The notes beneath the pieces were generated by a model that did not search any database, was not told the origin of the DNA, and saw only the letters and a list, made by a program, of their open reading frames with translations. Positions 46,276-55,435 of a stretch of DNA of 64,000 bases are shown here, in pieces. The translations under genes and the position numbers were made by a program. How positions within the stretch are numbered: the stretch's first letter is position 1; each line of letters begins with the position of its first letter. Source of the DNA: Armatimonadota bacterium. Lineage in GTDB: Bacteria; Armatimonadota; UBA5829; DTJY01. The stretch is from the NCBI GenBank assembly GCA_025358205.1, contig JANYKG010000017.1:2238-66237 (forward strand), written 5' to 3'.

Positions 46276-47412
46276 ATGGCAACCAGAGATATCAGCCACG
46301 CATCACTCGCGATCAAACAGAACTGCACCGTTCGGCGTGAGGAGTATCTGGACTACATGACCTTCCAGGCGAACGCGAGGCCGCTGTTCACCGAGATATT
46401 CGGTCCGCTGATCGGCCTCAAGGAGGAGTGGGCGGAGCAGGGCGCTTTGCCTGAAGAACTGGATTTATCAGCGTTCGAGTACCGCTGTCCCATGCGCGCG
46501 GGCGTGCCGGTCCACACCGGCTGGGTGGGCGGCGATCCGGAGCAGGTGCTTGAGGAGACGGATGACTACCGCATCACCCGCGACGCCAGGGGTCGCACGA
46601 TGAAACTCTGCAAGGGGTTCGCGACACTCCCGCTTCCGCTCGATCATCCTGTGAAGAACATGGATGACTGGCTGAAGCTCAAGCCGCGATACGAGTTCTC
46701 GGAAGACCGTTTCAGCAAGGACTGGGAGCAGACCGCCCGGGCGCATCAGCAGGCGGGGCGTTCACTTACCGTCGGCATCCCCGGCGGGTTCGACGAACCG
46801 AGGCAACTCATGGGCGAGGAGGAGCTATGCGTGTCGTTCTACACTCAGCCGGAGCTGATCCACGATATCCTGCAAACCATCGGCGACACGGCGATGAAGG
46901 CGCTTGATAGAGTGTCTTCGGTCGTGCAGGTGGACGAGTTGAGCGTGCATGAGGACCTGGCCGGTAAGAGCGGTCCGTTGGTCGGCCCCAGCCAGATCGA
47001 GGAATTCATCAAGCCCTACTATCGGCGAGTGTGGGACATGCTGCAGAACAGGGGTGCGCGGCTCTTCAGCCAGGATTCCGACGGCAACATGAACCCGGTG
47101 ATAGACGCGTTTGTGGATGCCGGGATCAACGTGATGTACCCCATGGAACCTGCGTCCGGCATGGACATTGTGAAGGTCCGCGAGGCTTACGGCGCCAGGC
47201 TCGCGTTCTGGGGCGGGATTGACAAGCACGTGATCAGGCGCACCAAAGAAGAGATTGAGGCCGAACTGGAGTACAAGATTCCGCTAATGGTGCGCACAGG
47301 CGGATGCATCCTCGGCCTCGACCACCGCATCCCGAACGGCACGCCGCTGGAGAACTACCGCTTCTACATCCGCAAGGCCTGGGAGATTCTGAATCGCGAG
47401 GTAGGGTCGTAG
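46276..47412 (+). CDS. Uroporphyrinogen decarboxylase-like (MtaA/CmuA methyltransferase superfamily) protein
   Basis: MGEEELC, HEDLAGKSGPL, QDSDGN, YPMEP, GGIDK and DHRIP motifs. Confidence 0.82.
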   Translation: MATRDISHASLAIKQNCTVRREEYLDYMTFQANARPLFTEIFGPLIGLKEEWAEQGALPEELDLSAFEYRCPMRAGVPVHTGWVGGDPEQVLEETDDYRITRDARGRTMKLCKGFATLPLPLDHPVKNMDDWLKLKPRYEFSEDRFSKDWEQTARAHQQAGRSLTVGIPGGFDEPRQLMGEEELCVSFYTQPELIHDILQTIGDTAMKALDRVSSVVQVDELSVHEDLAGKSGPLVGPSQIEEFIKPYYRRVWDMLQNRGARLFSQDSDGNMNPVIDAFVDAGINVMYPMEPASGMDIVKVREAYGARLAFWGGIDKHVIRRTKEEIEAELEYKIPLMVRTGGCILGLDHRIPNGTPLENYRFYIRKAWEILNREVGS

Positions 47413-47431
47413 CGGAATGAACTGATCGGAC

Positions 47432-47461
47432 TTGCACTTTTTCACAAAAAACGTGCATAAT
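47432..47461 (+). promoter_or_regulatory. Putative promoter overlapped by an inverted repeat
   Basis: TTGCAC-N18-CATAAT; imperfect palindrome TGCAC-TTTTT-CAC-AAAAA-AC-GTGCA. Confidence 0.45.
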
Positions 47462-47472
47462 ATCGGAAGAGC

Positions 47473-47550
47473 AAGCCTGCGCTATCCCCAAGTGCATAGC
47501 GCAGGGCCTTCTGAGCATTGTTCACGAACTTCGTGAACAATGCGGACCAG
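47473..47550 (-). repeat. Family B double-hairpin repeat
   Basis: CCTGCGCTAT...ATAGCGCAGG-GCCTTCTGA-GCATTGTTCAC...GTGAACAATGC-GGACCAG. Confidence 0.85.
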
Positions 47551-47572
47551 TTCGGTCGGAGGAAGAACGGTT

Positions 47573-48010
47573 TTGTGCAAAATACTTGTTGTGGATGACG
47601 AAGAGCAGGTGAGGGCGGCGATTCAGCGACGACTGCAGCGTGAGGGCTACAAGGTTGATGCGGTAGCGGGCGAGGCGGAGGCGGTCGAGCGCATTCAGAA
47701 CGCTGACCCCCACTACGATATCGTGCTGACCGATATGGTTATGGAAGACCCGGACAGCGGTGTTAAGATACTTCAGACCGCGTTTGCCGAGGACATCTTT
47801 ACCGAGGTTCTGGTGCTCACTGCATACGGCAACGTGGCCAACGCTGTGGAGTGCATGAAGCGCGGCGCGTTCGACTACGTGGAGAAGAACATCCCCGGCG
47901 TGGACGTGTACGAGCTGATGAGCCTGAAGGTCGCGCAGGCAATGGACCGGCGGCGCTCGTCCGTCAGCACTGCCCGCCGACTGGATGGAATAGGCCGATC
48001 CCTACGCTGA
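47573..48010 (+). CDS. Single-domain response regulator (REC)
   Basis: ILVVDDE, VLTDMVM (phospho-Asp), VLTAYG, GAFDYVEK; TTG start after GGAGG. Confidence 0.88.
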   Translation: MCKILVVDDEEQVRAAIQRRLQREGYKVDAVAGEAEAVERIQNADPHYDIVLTDMVMEDPDSGVKILQTAFAEDIFTEVLVLTAYGNVANAVECMKRGAFDYVEKNIPGVDVYELMSLKVAQAMDRRRSSVSTARRLDGIGRSLR

Positions 48011-48048
48011 TGCCTCTCGGTATTTTCTGAACGACGGAACCACAATCC

Positions 48049-48128
48049 CTGGTCCGCATTATTCACAAATTTCGTGAATAATGCTCAGAAGGCCCTGCAT
48101 GATGCGGGGATCGCATAATGCAGGCTAG
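48049..48128 (+). repeat. Family B double-hairpin repeat
   Basis: CTGGTCC-GCATTATTCAC...GTGAATAATGC-TCAGAAGGC-CCTGCATGATGC...GCATAATGCAGG-CTAG. Confidence 0.85.
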
Positions 48129-48137
48129 GAGTGACAC

Positions 48138-49985
48138 ATGCCGTTGCGCCTGCTCGCCGGACCCGTCGGAAGCGGCAAGACCACATGCCTGCTGGATACC
48201 TTCAAGCGGTTTTCGCCCGCGGAGAGTCTGTCGTCCGTGCGACTTGTGACGCCCAACCTCAGCCACGCTCGGCGAGTGCGCAAGACTCTGCTTTCAGACC
48301 CCGCTTTTCCGGGTTTCTTCGGCGATACCGTGCTGAGCATGCACGGGTTTGCGTCGGAGATCATCAGGCTGTCCGGCCTCAATGCGCCTGGTATAGCCGG
48401 GGAGTCTGCGCGCACGCTCTTGCTGCAGCGAGTGATTAGCGAACGATGCCCGCCGTGCTTTGAGTCCGTGCGCTCTACCCCAGGATTCTCCGATGTGATG
48501 GTCCGAGCGATCAGCCTGCTGAAGCAGTCGGGCGTGCTCACGGATTATCTGCGCGTTGCGGTTGAATCTGCTCCCCATCTGCCAGCGCATTCTCGCGAGA
48601 AGCTGACGGGGGTCGCTGAAGTTTATGCGTCCTTCCAGACCGCGCTTGAGGCGTCCGGCCTTGGCGAATCGGACGATATTCTTCGCCTTGCTTTTTCTGC
48701 TGGGTCACCTTTCAAGCTCGTGCTGTTCGACGGGTGTACGCGCTTCAGTCCGCTTGAACGGGAGTTGATGGCCAAACTCGCTCAGGATTCTGATGTCATC
48801 GTCGCGCTGGACAGCGATGATACCGGGCGGTATGCAGAGGCGGAATCGGCGATCCGATTCTTCGCTCAGTTGCCGGACACAACTATCGAGCGGATGGCTT
48901 CTCGACGCACGGAGTCAGGCCTGACTCATCTCGCGCGGTCTGGCTTCGTTCCTTCCGCAGAGGCCATACCACCCGACGATACGGTAACGGTATTCAATGC
49001 GGCGGATCGGCGGTTGGAGACGGAGATGGTCGCGCGAGAGATCAGGCGGCTGAACCGTGACGGTTTCGCGTGGCAAGAGATCGCGGTGGTTTGCCGTGGC
49101 TCGCGGGAGAGGCAGCGCGTGTCCGGCATCATGCGCGAGTACGGCATCCCGATAGCGGAGGAGTACCTGCCGCTCAGTTCGTCGCCGCTGGTGTCGCGAA
49201 TGCTGAGGTTGATGGACGGCATGGAACCTCAGTCTGCTCTCGACACCGCGCTGAGTGACACACCTCCGCCAACCGACGAACGCGCCTTGCGGGAGTACAA
49301 TGCAGCGCACAGGGCGATCAGGCGCATCATTGATGACATGCCGAACGCTCCCGCCGAGGATATCGCCCGGTTGGTAAGGTCCACGGTCGAGAGTCGCGAC
49401 TACCGGATGCCCGGCTCAGCCGAAGACGGCATCTGCATAACCAACCCGATCGGGATCGCGGGCCGGACGTTCCGCGCGGTGTTCGTGACCGGCCTCAGGG
49501 ACGGCGTATTTCCGCGCGTGCCTGCCGAAGACCCCATTGTCAGCTACCGCGAGCGTGCGGCGTTGAATGCGGTTCTGCCTCATCCACTGACTGTACGAGC
49601 AGACGAAGAGCAGGCCGAGTGCGCGGCCTTTGTCTCCTGCGCAACCTCTGCATTGGACAAACTGTACCTGTGCGTGGATACCCAATCGTCTTTTCTTGAT
49701 CAGGCTGAACGGCTATTTACCATGCCTTTGCCGATGCGCGAGGCGCTTGCTGCAGACATTCTCCCGACGCTTGGTGAGGCTGAAACCCTCCACGAGACCA
49801 TCGCGCGGACCGTCCACGATTCGGTTGCCGGCGAAGACATCAATGCCGCCGCGACCGCCTACAACGCGCTGATTCAGGCAGGCGCTTTTCAGCCCGATGT
49901 GTTCAGATGGATGGGCAGAGACTACTCACAGCCCGTGCCTGCCTACCTTCGAGTCCTCACGGGGTGGCCGGAGGTGTCCGAATGA
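48138..49985 (+). CDS. AddB/RexB-like subunit lacking a C-terminal nuclease domain
   Basis: LLAGPVGSGKTT, LFDGCTRFSPLE, ETEMVAREIRRL...WQEIAV, FRAVFVTGLRDGVFP; no PD-(D/E)xK or Cys cluster at the C-terminus. Confidence 0.75.
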   Translation: MPLRLLAGPVGSGKTTCLLDTFKRFSPAESLSSVRLVTPNLSHARRVRKTLLSDPAFPGFFGDTVLSMHGFASEIIRLSGLNAPGIAGESARTLLLQRVISERCPPCFESVRSTPGFSDVMVRAISLLKQSGVLTDYLRVAVESAPHLPAHSREKLTGVAEVYASFQTALEASGLGESDDILRLAFSAGSPFKLVLFDGCTRFSPLERELMAKLAQDSDVIVALDSDDTGRYAEAESAIRFFAQLPDTTIERMASRRTESGLTHLARSGFVPSAEAIPPDDTVTVFNAADRRLETEMVAREIRRLNRDGFAWQEIAVVCRGSRERQRVSGIMREYGIPIAEEYLPLSSSPLVSRMLRLMDGMEPQSALDTALSDTPPPTDERALREYNAAHRAIRRIIDDMPNAPAEDIARLVRSTVESRDYRMPGSAEDGICITNPIGIAGRTFRAVFVTGLRDGVFPRVPAEDPIVSYRERAALNAVLPHPLTVRADEEQAECAAFVSCATSALDKLYLCVDTQSSFLDQAERLFTMPLPMREALAADILPTLGEAETLHETIARTVHDSVAGEDINAAATAYNALIQAGAFQPDVFRWMGRDYSQPVPAYLRVLTGWPEVSE

Positions 49986-52900
49986 GGGTGCTCTTTCGGC
50001 GCAAGGCGGACAGATCGGCTGATGAGCGCATGCTCACCATCGAGCGTTCTGATTGGAGCCTGAATGCCTTCCTGACCTCGCTCCTGCGAGAGTACGCTGT
50101 GATCGCGGGTGTTGACCCTGGGTTCAGAATGCTGAGTGAGAGCCGCAGGCGGGCGCTGGCCGGTCGTGTGGCGGAACGGCTGATGGAGGATCGGGCGTCA
50201 CTCATCATGGAGCTTGGGGTTGTGGACGGCGACACCACGCTGATTCGCGAGGCGTTCCTTAGGCTTCATCAGGCAGGCGGAATCGTCCCTGCGCGCACAG
50301 CCGACCCTCGACCGTTCGCTGAGGCGCTTGGCCGCTGCTGCATGGACATCCTCGCGCCGCTTGCGAACGATGAGGATGCGCCTGAGGAGATCGTCAACCG
50401 CATTCGATCAGCCGCGCCGGGGCTGATGCTTGCGGCGAACCGGCTGGTGGAATCCTTCGACTGGAAGGCTCTGAGAAAGCTGCGGACGTTTCGTGGGATG
50501 TTCCGGCCCAGGGGTGGATTCCACAAATTCGAGCAGTCGCTGATCTGCGCTCGACAGGCCCTGGATCAGCTCATCGGCGCTTGTCTTGACGGGCAGTCGG
50601 CCCGGTGCGCGGACACGATGGTTGAACTGGTCGCAGAGTTCGAGACCCGATACTCCGCTGAGAAGGCGGGCCTCGGTGTGATGGACGTCGCCGACTTGCA
50701 CGCAAAGGACCGGGCGATATGCACCGACATTCCCGAAATCGCCGAACGCCTTCGCGCCGAGTACCCCGTTGTTCGCGTGCCGGACTGGAGCGACTGGACA
50801 GACGATGAGCGCGAGACCATCTCCTCCATCTGGCCATCGGGCGCCCTGATTATCGAGTCGCAACAGTGGCCCTCCGCGCGACCGGGTATCACCGCGTTCG
50901 TGGACTATCTGTTCTCCGAGATCAATAGCGAGGATGGCGAGAAACGCCGTGTCGCTCACCCGAAGTCGCGAGAAACCGACGTCGAACTCATCATTCTGCC
51001 CACACCCTATGTTCGCACACCTGACGCTACTTACCGGCGGCACAGGCGCGAGGCGGCTGCCATCGCCGAACGGATGCTTCAACTCAACTCCGAGGGCACG
51101 GCCTGGCGCGACATGGTCGTGATTCTGCCGTCGGGGTGGGATGCCGCCACCTACGAACGCGAACTGCTCAGGCGCTGCATACCGGTCTGCGCCCTCGCCG
51201 GTTACGGGTTTTACGACGCGCCCGAAGTACGGGATGCGCTGAACGTTTTGCGCCTCACAGCCGATCCTGAGAACCCCGATGCGCTCTTCCATGTGCTTGG
51301 CTCGCCGTTTGTGGGACTCACCGAACGCACACTGGCAGGTATCCGTGACGCCGCGTTTGAGTCGCCTGATCTACCGCTGTGGCGCGCGCTGCTGGAGTCT
51401 GCGCCTGCCGATGATGCCGACTCCCGAAGACTGAAGGAGTTCTTTCAGTGGATGCCGGAGTTGGTCGCCAGGAGCGACTCTGCGACAGCGGGCGAGTTGC
51501 TGGATACCGCTCTTTCCGCCACGTCATTCGACCTCAAGTTGCTGGCCATGCCGCTGGGCCTGAAGCGATACGCGAACATCCGCAAGCTACGGCAGAACCT
51601 CGCTGAGCCGGTGGGCTTGGAAGAATTCCTTGCCGGAATGGACGAGTCAGACCGCCTCGGCATCGGCGAGCAGGAGGCCAGGCTGAGCGCGCCGGATGAG
51701 AACGCCGTGCGAATCATGACCATCAATCAGACGAGCGGTCAGCACTACCCAGTAGTTTTTCTGCCTGATCTTTCCCGCAGGCTCGGCGGCGCGAGGAGCA
51801 TCTACGCCTTCGACTCGGACAGGGGCCTCGCGGTTGCACCGGTCGCCGATAACGGGCAACGGTGGATGTCGCTCAACTTCCGCGAGACCGAGGCCGCCGC
51901 TATGGGCAAGCGGGTGGAGGACGAGATGACGCGCCTTCACACAGCCATGGCCCGCGCAGCGGAGAAGCTGATCCTCATCGGTTGTACCGATCTGAACCCC
52001 AATCCGAGACGCGCATATAGCGAGACTCTGTCGGCCATGGGGTGGATCGAGCGAGCGCTCAATCTGGGGCCGCAGTCTCGTGCGGGTGCGCTGAACGTGG
52101 GGCCATGCACGGTGGATCTGCGCTTTGTGGACCCGTCCGCGCCAATGCAGCCGACCGAAGAACGGGCGACTCTGGCATTGAGTTACTCGGATGATCTGCG
52201 CGAGTGCCTGCCGGTTGACCTGCCGCCTGATACCGCGATCTCCGAAGCCGTCAGCAGATGTCTACAAACCCCGTCCACCCCGGCTGTCCGCCTGAGCAGG
52301 CTGTCCGTCAGCCAAGCGCTGGACTACATGGAGTGCCCTGCACGGTTCCGGTATCGTCACATCCTCGGCATGCCCGATGAGCCATCTGAACCGCCGGACG
52401 ACCTGGGCGAAGACGAGTACTCCGCCGCCGATCTGGGGCAGGCGGTTCACGATGCGCTCTCCCGCGTGGATTTCTCCATAGGCATTGGCTTTCAGTTGGA
52501 CGAACTTACCGCCGTTCCGCACATGGGTATACGCGCCGAGATGAGGGAACTTCTTACCCGCTTTGGAGAGTCTAAGTGGTGGGCCGAGCTTGCCGCCGCC
52601 GATGAGCTGCTCAGGGAAATACCGTTCGAGATCATGGTCGAGGGCAAGGTGTTCGCCGGGCGCATAGATGCGATCTACCGGCAGGGCGCTGCGTGGACGG
52701 TGCTCGACTACAAGACCGGGCGCGGCGAGGACAAGGCGCGGTACGAGATGCAGGTCGGCATGTACGCACATGCTCTCCACCGGCTCCTCGGCGTGATGCC
52801 AGCCAGGTCCGCGCTCGCACTGCTCACGACAGGCGGCGAATGGGTGCGCGACACCTCGGACGGTGAGTCCGCCCGCACGGCACTGGACTCAGTGAAGCAA

Positions 52901-53008
52901 GCCGTCCGCAGCCTGGATGAAGCCATATTCACAAGTCAGTCCGGTGAATACTGCCGATGGTGTGCCTGCTCACGTACTTGCCCGCAGGAATCCGTGAAGT
53001 GCGAGTAG
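49982..53008 (+). CDS. AddA/UvrD-like protein with degenerate helicase motifs and an intact Fe-S PD-(D/E)xK nuclease
   Basis: AGVDPGFRML, WRDMVVIL, GFYDAPEVRDALNVL, VRIMTINQTSG, AMARAAEKL; nuclease GRID...LDYKTG...QVGMYA with ECP and CRWCACSRTC; ATGA overlap with the upstream gene. Confidence 0.8.
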   Translation: MRVLFRRKADRSADERMLTIERSDWSLNAFLTSLLREYAVIAGVDPGFRMLSESRRRALAGRVAERLMEDRASLIMELGVVDGDTTLIREAFLRLHQAGGIVPARTADPRPFAEALGRCCMDILAPLANDEDAPEEIVNRIRSAAPGLMLAANRLVESFDWKALRKLRTFRGMFRPRGGFHKFEQSLICARQALDQLIGACLDGQSARCADTMVELVAEFETRYSAEKAGLGVMDVADLHAKDRAICTDIPEIAERLRAEYPVVRVPDWSDWTDDERETISSIWPSGALIIESQQWPSARPGITAFVDYLFSEINSEDGEKRRVAHPKSRETDVELIILPTPYVRTPDATYRRHRREAAAIAERMLQLNSEGTAWRDMVVILPSGWDAATYERELLRRCIPVCALAGYGFYDAPEVRDALNVLRLTADPENPDALFHVLGSPFVGLTERTLAGIRDAAFESPDLPLWRALLESAPADDADSRRLKEFFQWMPELVARSDSATAGELLDTALSATSFDLKLLAMPLGLKRYANIRKLRQNLAEPVGLEEFLAGMDESDRLGIGEQEARLSAPDENAVRIMTINQTSGQHYPVVFLPDLSRRLGGARSIYAFDSDRGLAVAPVADNGQRWMSLNFRETEAAAMGKRVEDEMTRLHTAMARAAEKLILIGCTDLNPNPRRAYSETLSAMGWIERALNLGPQSRAGALNVGPCTVDLRFVDPSAPMQPTEERATLALSYSDDLRECLPVDLPPDTAISEAVSRCLQTPSTPAVRLSRLSVSQALDYMECPARFRYRHILGMPDEPSEPPDDLGEDEYSAADLGQAVHDALSRVDFSIGIGFQLDELTAVPHMGIRAEMRELLTRFGESKWWAELAAADELLREIPFEIMVEGKVFAGRIDAIYRQGAAWTVLDYKTGRGEDKARYEMQVGMYAHALHRLLGVMPARSALALLTTGGEWVRDTSDGESARTALDSVKQAVRSLDEAIFTSQSGEYCRWCACSRTCPQESVKCE

Positions 53009-53034
53009 AACTGCTTCCACTGGAGGACAGCTAG

Positions 53035-53988
53035 TTGACGCTTGAAGAACAATTCTTCCGACTGATCAAGACCCTGCAGCTTATCGAACGCGAACCCGGA
53101 GAGTGGGACGCCGCCGCGCTGGAGGTCGAGTTCAACGTCGGCCACGCCACGGTCGAGCGGGACATCCGCATACTGAGGCAGTGGGGCACCATCGAGCGCA
53201 AGAAGGGCTGCTTTGTCGTCAAGGACATGAAGTTCATGCCGCGCAACTTCACCTCCAGTGAGACCCTCGCGCTGGTGCTGGCCGGGAGCATGATCGCCAG
53301 CCGCATCGAGATGCCGCCGTCCGACTCCCTCCGCAGCGCGATGAAGAAGATTGACTCCGTGCTGCCGGAGCAGGTTGATACCATGATCCGCCGAATGCAG
53401 AAGCGCTTCTCTATCGGCGTGGACCTAGTCCGTGAGTGCAACTCCGAAATCCTGAACTCCATCAGCAAGGCGGTTTCGAGTCACCGAACCGTTGAAATAT
53501 CCTACTACGTGCCGGGTCGCAACGAGATCACCAGGCGCAAGGTTGACCCTTACGGTCTGACCTTCCGATTCGGCACTTGGTATGTAATAGGCTACTGCCA
53601 CCTGCGCGACGGGGTGCGCACGTTTGCCGTGGACAGGGTGAAGAGCCTGAAGACCACGCAAAAGCGCTTTGTGTATCCGGGCGATTTCCACCTGGAGGAG
53701 TATCTGGAGCGCGGTTGGCGGCTGCAGGCGAACGCGGAACCGGAACACATAGTCCTGCGTTTTTCACCCGCGATAGCCCCGCTGATAATGGAGTGCAAGT
53801 TCCATCCGCATCAGAAGCTGACACTGCAGGATGATGGGGCGGCGCTGTTCGAGGTCACCGTCGCTGGGGTTGACGAGATCAAGCACTGGGTGCTGGGATA
53901 CGGTGACAAGGTGGAAGTCATCGGCCCGCAGAGCCTTCGCGATTCCGTGGCAGCCACCGCACGAAACATGGCCGCAGTATACTCCTAG
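53035..53988 (+). CDS. HTH-WYL-WCX transcriptional regulator (YafY/PafB-like)
   Basis: HTH TVERDIRIL; RKVDPYGL...WYVIGYCHLRDGVRTFAVDRV; WVLGYGDKVEVIGPQSLR. Confidence 0.92.
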   Translation: MTLEEQFFRLIKTLQLIEREPGEWDAAALEVEFNVGHATVERDIRILRQWGTIERKKGCFVVKDMKFMPRNFTSSETLALVLAGSMIASRIEMPPSDSLRSAMKKIDSVLPEQVDTMIRRMQKRFSIGVDLVRECNSEILNSISKAVSSHRTVEISYYVPGRNEITRRKVDPYGLTFRFGTWYVIGYCHLRDGVRTFAVDRVKSLKTTQKRFVYPGDFHLEEYLERGWRLQANAEPEHIVLRFSPAIAPLIMECKFHPHQKLTLQDDGAALFEVTVAGVDEIKHWVLGYGDKVEVIGPQSLRDSVAATARNMAAVYS

Positions 53989-54064
53989 TCCACATTATTC
54001 ACAAAGAGCATGAATGATGCTCAGAAGGCCGCGGATTATGCGGGACGTGCATAATCCGCGCTAG
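53985..54064 (+). repeat. Family B double-hairpin repeat
   Basis: CTAGTCC-ACATTATTCAC...ATGAATGATGC-TCAGAAGGC-CGCGGATTATGC...GCATAATCCGCG-CTAG. Confidence 0.85.
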
Positions 54065-54072
54065 AGGTAAAT

Positions 54073-55251
54073 ATGAAACACACACTCGCTATGCTGGTTC
54101 CTATACTGCTGAGCTTCGCGCTCACTTCCGCCGCCAACGCCGGGGTCACTACCGGACGCAGGCTCTTCAGGTTCCAGAACAAGTCGGACTTCCGCGGCTT
54201 CGAGATCTCAGGCGCGCGCTGGGATGCCGACGCTGGCGGTATGGTCTTCCAGCCCCAGGGCGCGCAGACCGATGAGTCCAGCAGCATCCCTTACGGTATG
54301 GTGGAGTCGCCGGTTGTCAAGATCGGCTTCCCGACCGACGAATTTGTGCTTTCCTGGAACGCGATCACCCCGCCGGAGAGCTTCTGCACCGTCTACATCC
54401 AGGTTCGATCCAAAGGGTTCTGGAGCCGCAAGTTCGCCTACGCGATCTGGAACCGCGACAAAAAGCCGGTCCAGCGCATGACGATGACGAAGGTTGAGGA
54501 CGACCTGGCGAGTCTGGAGCAGGACATCCTGACCATGAAGACCCAGGCGGATGCTTTCCGCGTCTCCGTGAAGCTCTCATCGCGCGACGGCAAGACCTAT
54601 CCCACACTTCGCATGCTTACGGTTCACTGCCTCAGCCGCACCGTCGCAGGCCCCAGGACTCGCATAAACAAGGCTGTGTGGGGGACCGACCTCGATGTGC
54701 CGCAGCGTTCGCAGCTCACCGTGCCTGAGGGGAACCGCTTCTGCAGTGCGACCTGCTCGTCCATGGATTTGGAGTATTGGGCGCACAAGTTGAACAGGCC
54801 GGAGCTGAACATACCGCTTCAGCAGGCGGTGGATGGCATATATGATTATGAAGCAGGTGGCACCGGCACGTGGCCGTTCAACACCGCGTTTGCCGGGGAG
54901 TTCGGCGGACTGCGCGCATTAGTCACCCGGCTGGCGAGCATGGCCGACGCCGAGCGGTGGATAGCCAAAGGTGTGCCAGTCATCCTCAGCATTGACCACA
55001 ACGTGCTGCGCGGAACCCCGCAGGCGGGGCGCGGCGGGCATCTCATCCTGCTGCGGGGCTTTGACAAGAACGGCGACTGCATCATCAACGATCCCTACAC
55101 GTTCCTGGACAAGGGCGAGGTAGTGCGTAGGGTCTTCAATCGCAAGCTCGTGACGGACGCCTGGATCGGCGATTTCCAATCGAGCGGCACGGCGTACATC
55201 ATGTACCCGGACGGCTGGGACGTTCCACGGAACAGCATCGGTAACTGGTAG
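54073..55251 (+). CDS. Secreted peptidase C39-like family protein
   Basis: Signal peptide; VPQRSQ...FCSATCSSM (Cys), GTWPFNTA, GHLILLRGF (His), IINDP (Asp). Confidence 0.82.
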   Translation: MKHTLAMLVPILLSFALTSAANAGVTTGRRLFRFQNKSDFRGFEISGARWDADAGGMVFQPQGAQTDESSSIPYGMVESPVVKIGFPTDEFVLSWNAITPPESFCTVYIQVRSKGFWSRKFAYAIWNRDKKPVQRMTMTKVEDDLASLEQDILTMKTQADAFRVSVKLSSRDGKTYPTLRMLTVHCLSRTVAGPRTRINKAVWGTDLDVPQRSQLTVPEGNRFCSATCSSMDLEYWAHKLNRPELNIPLQQAVDGIYDYEAGGTGTWPFNTAFAGEFGGLRALVTRLASMADAERWIAKGVPVILSIDHNVLRGTPQAGRGGHLILLRGFDKNGDCIINDPYTFLDKGEVVRRVFNRKLVTDAWIGDFQSSGTAYIMYPDGWDVPRNSIGNW

Positions 55252-55322
55252 CATGCATTATGCTTTTCCGCATAATGCGTGGCATTCAGATCGTCGTTCG
55301 CGAAGAGGGCGAACAATGTGGG
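55249..55322 (-). repeat. Family B repeat, degenerate
   Basis: TAGCATGCATTATGC...GCATAATGCGTG-GCATTCAGA-TCGTCGTTCGC...GCGAACAATG. Confidence 0.7.
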
Positions 55323-55435
55323 GGTGAGCGCTATACAATGCCGAGTCGCCCGGCTGTAAGGAAATGATTTAATTTTCCCCTCCATCGTGGAAATATAGTA
55401 TAGAGACCGATTCTAGCAAAACAGGATTTCGACGG

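Noticed and set aside
48138-53008. addAB as simple pseudogenes
   Set aside because: No frameshifts or internal stops over about 4.9 kb, translational coupling is retained, and the nuclease and Cys motifs are intact; early decay cannot be fully excluded without orthologues.
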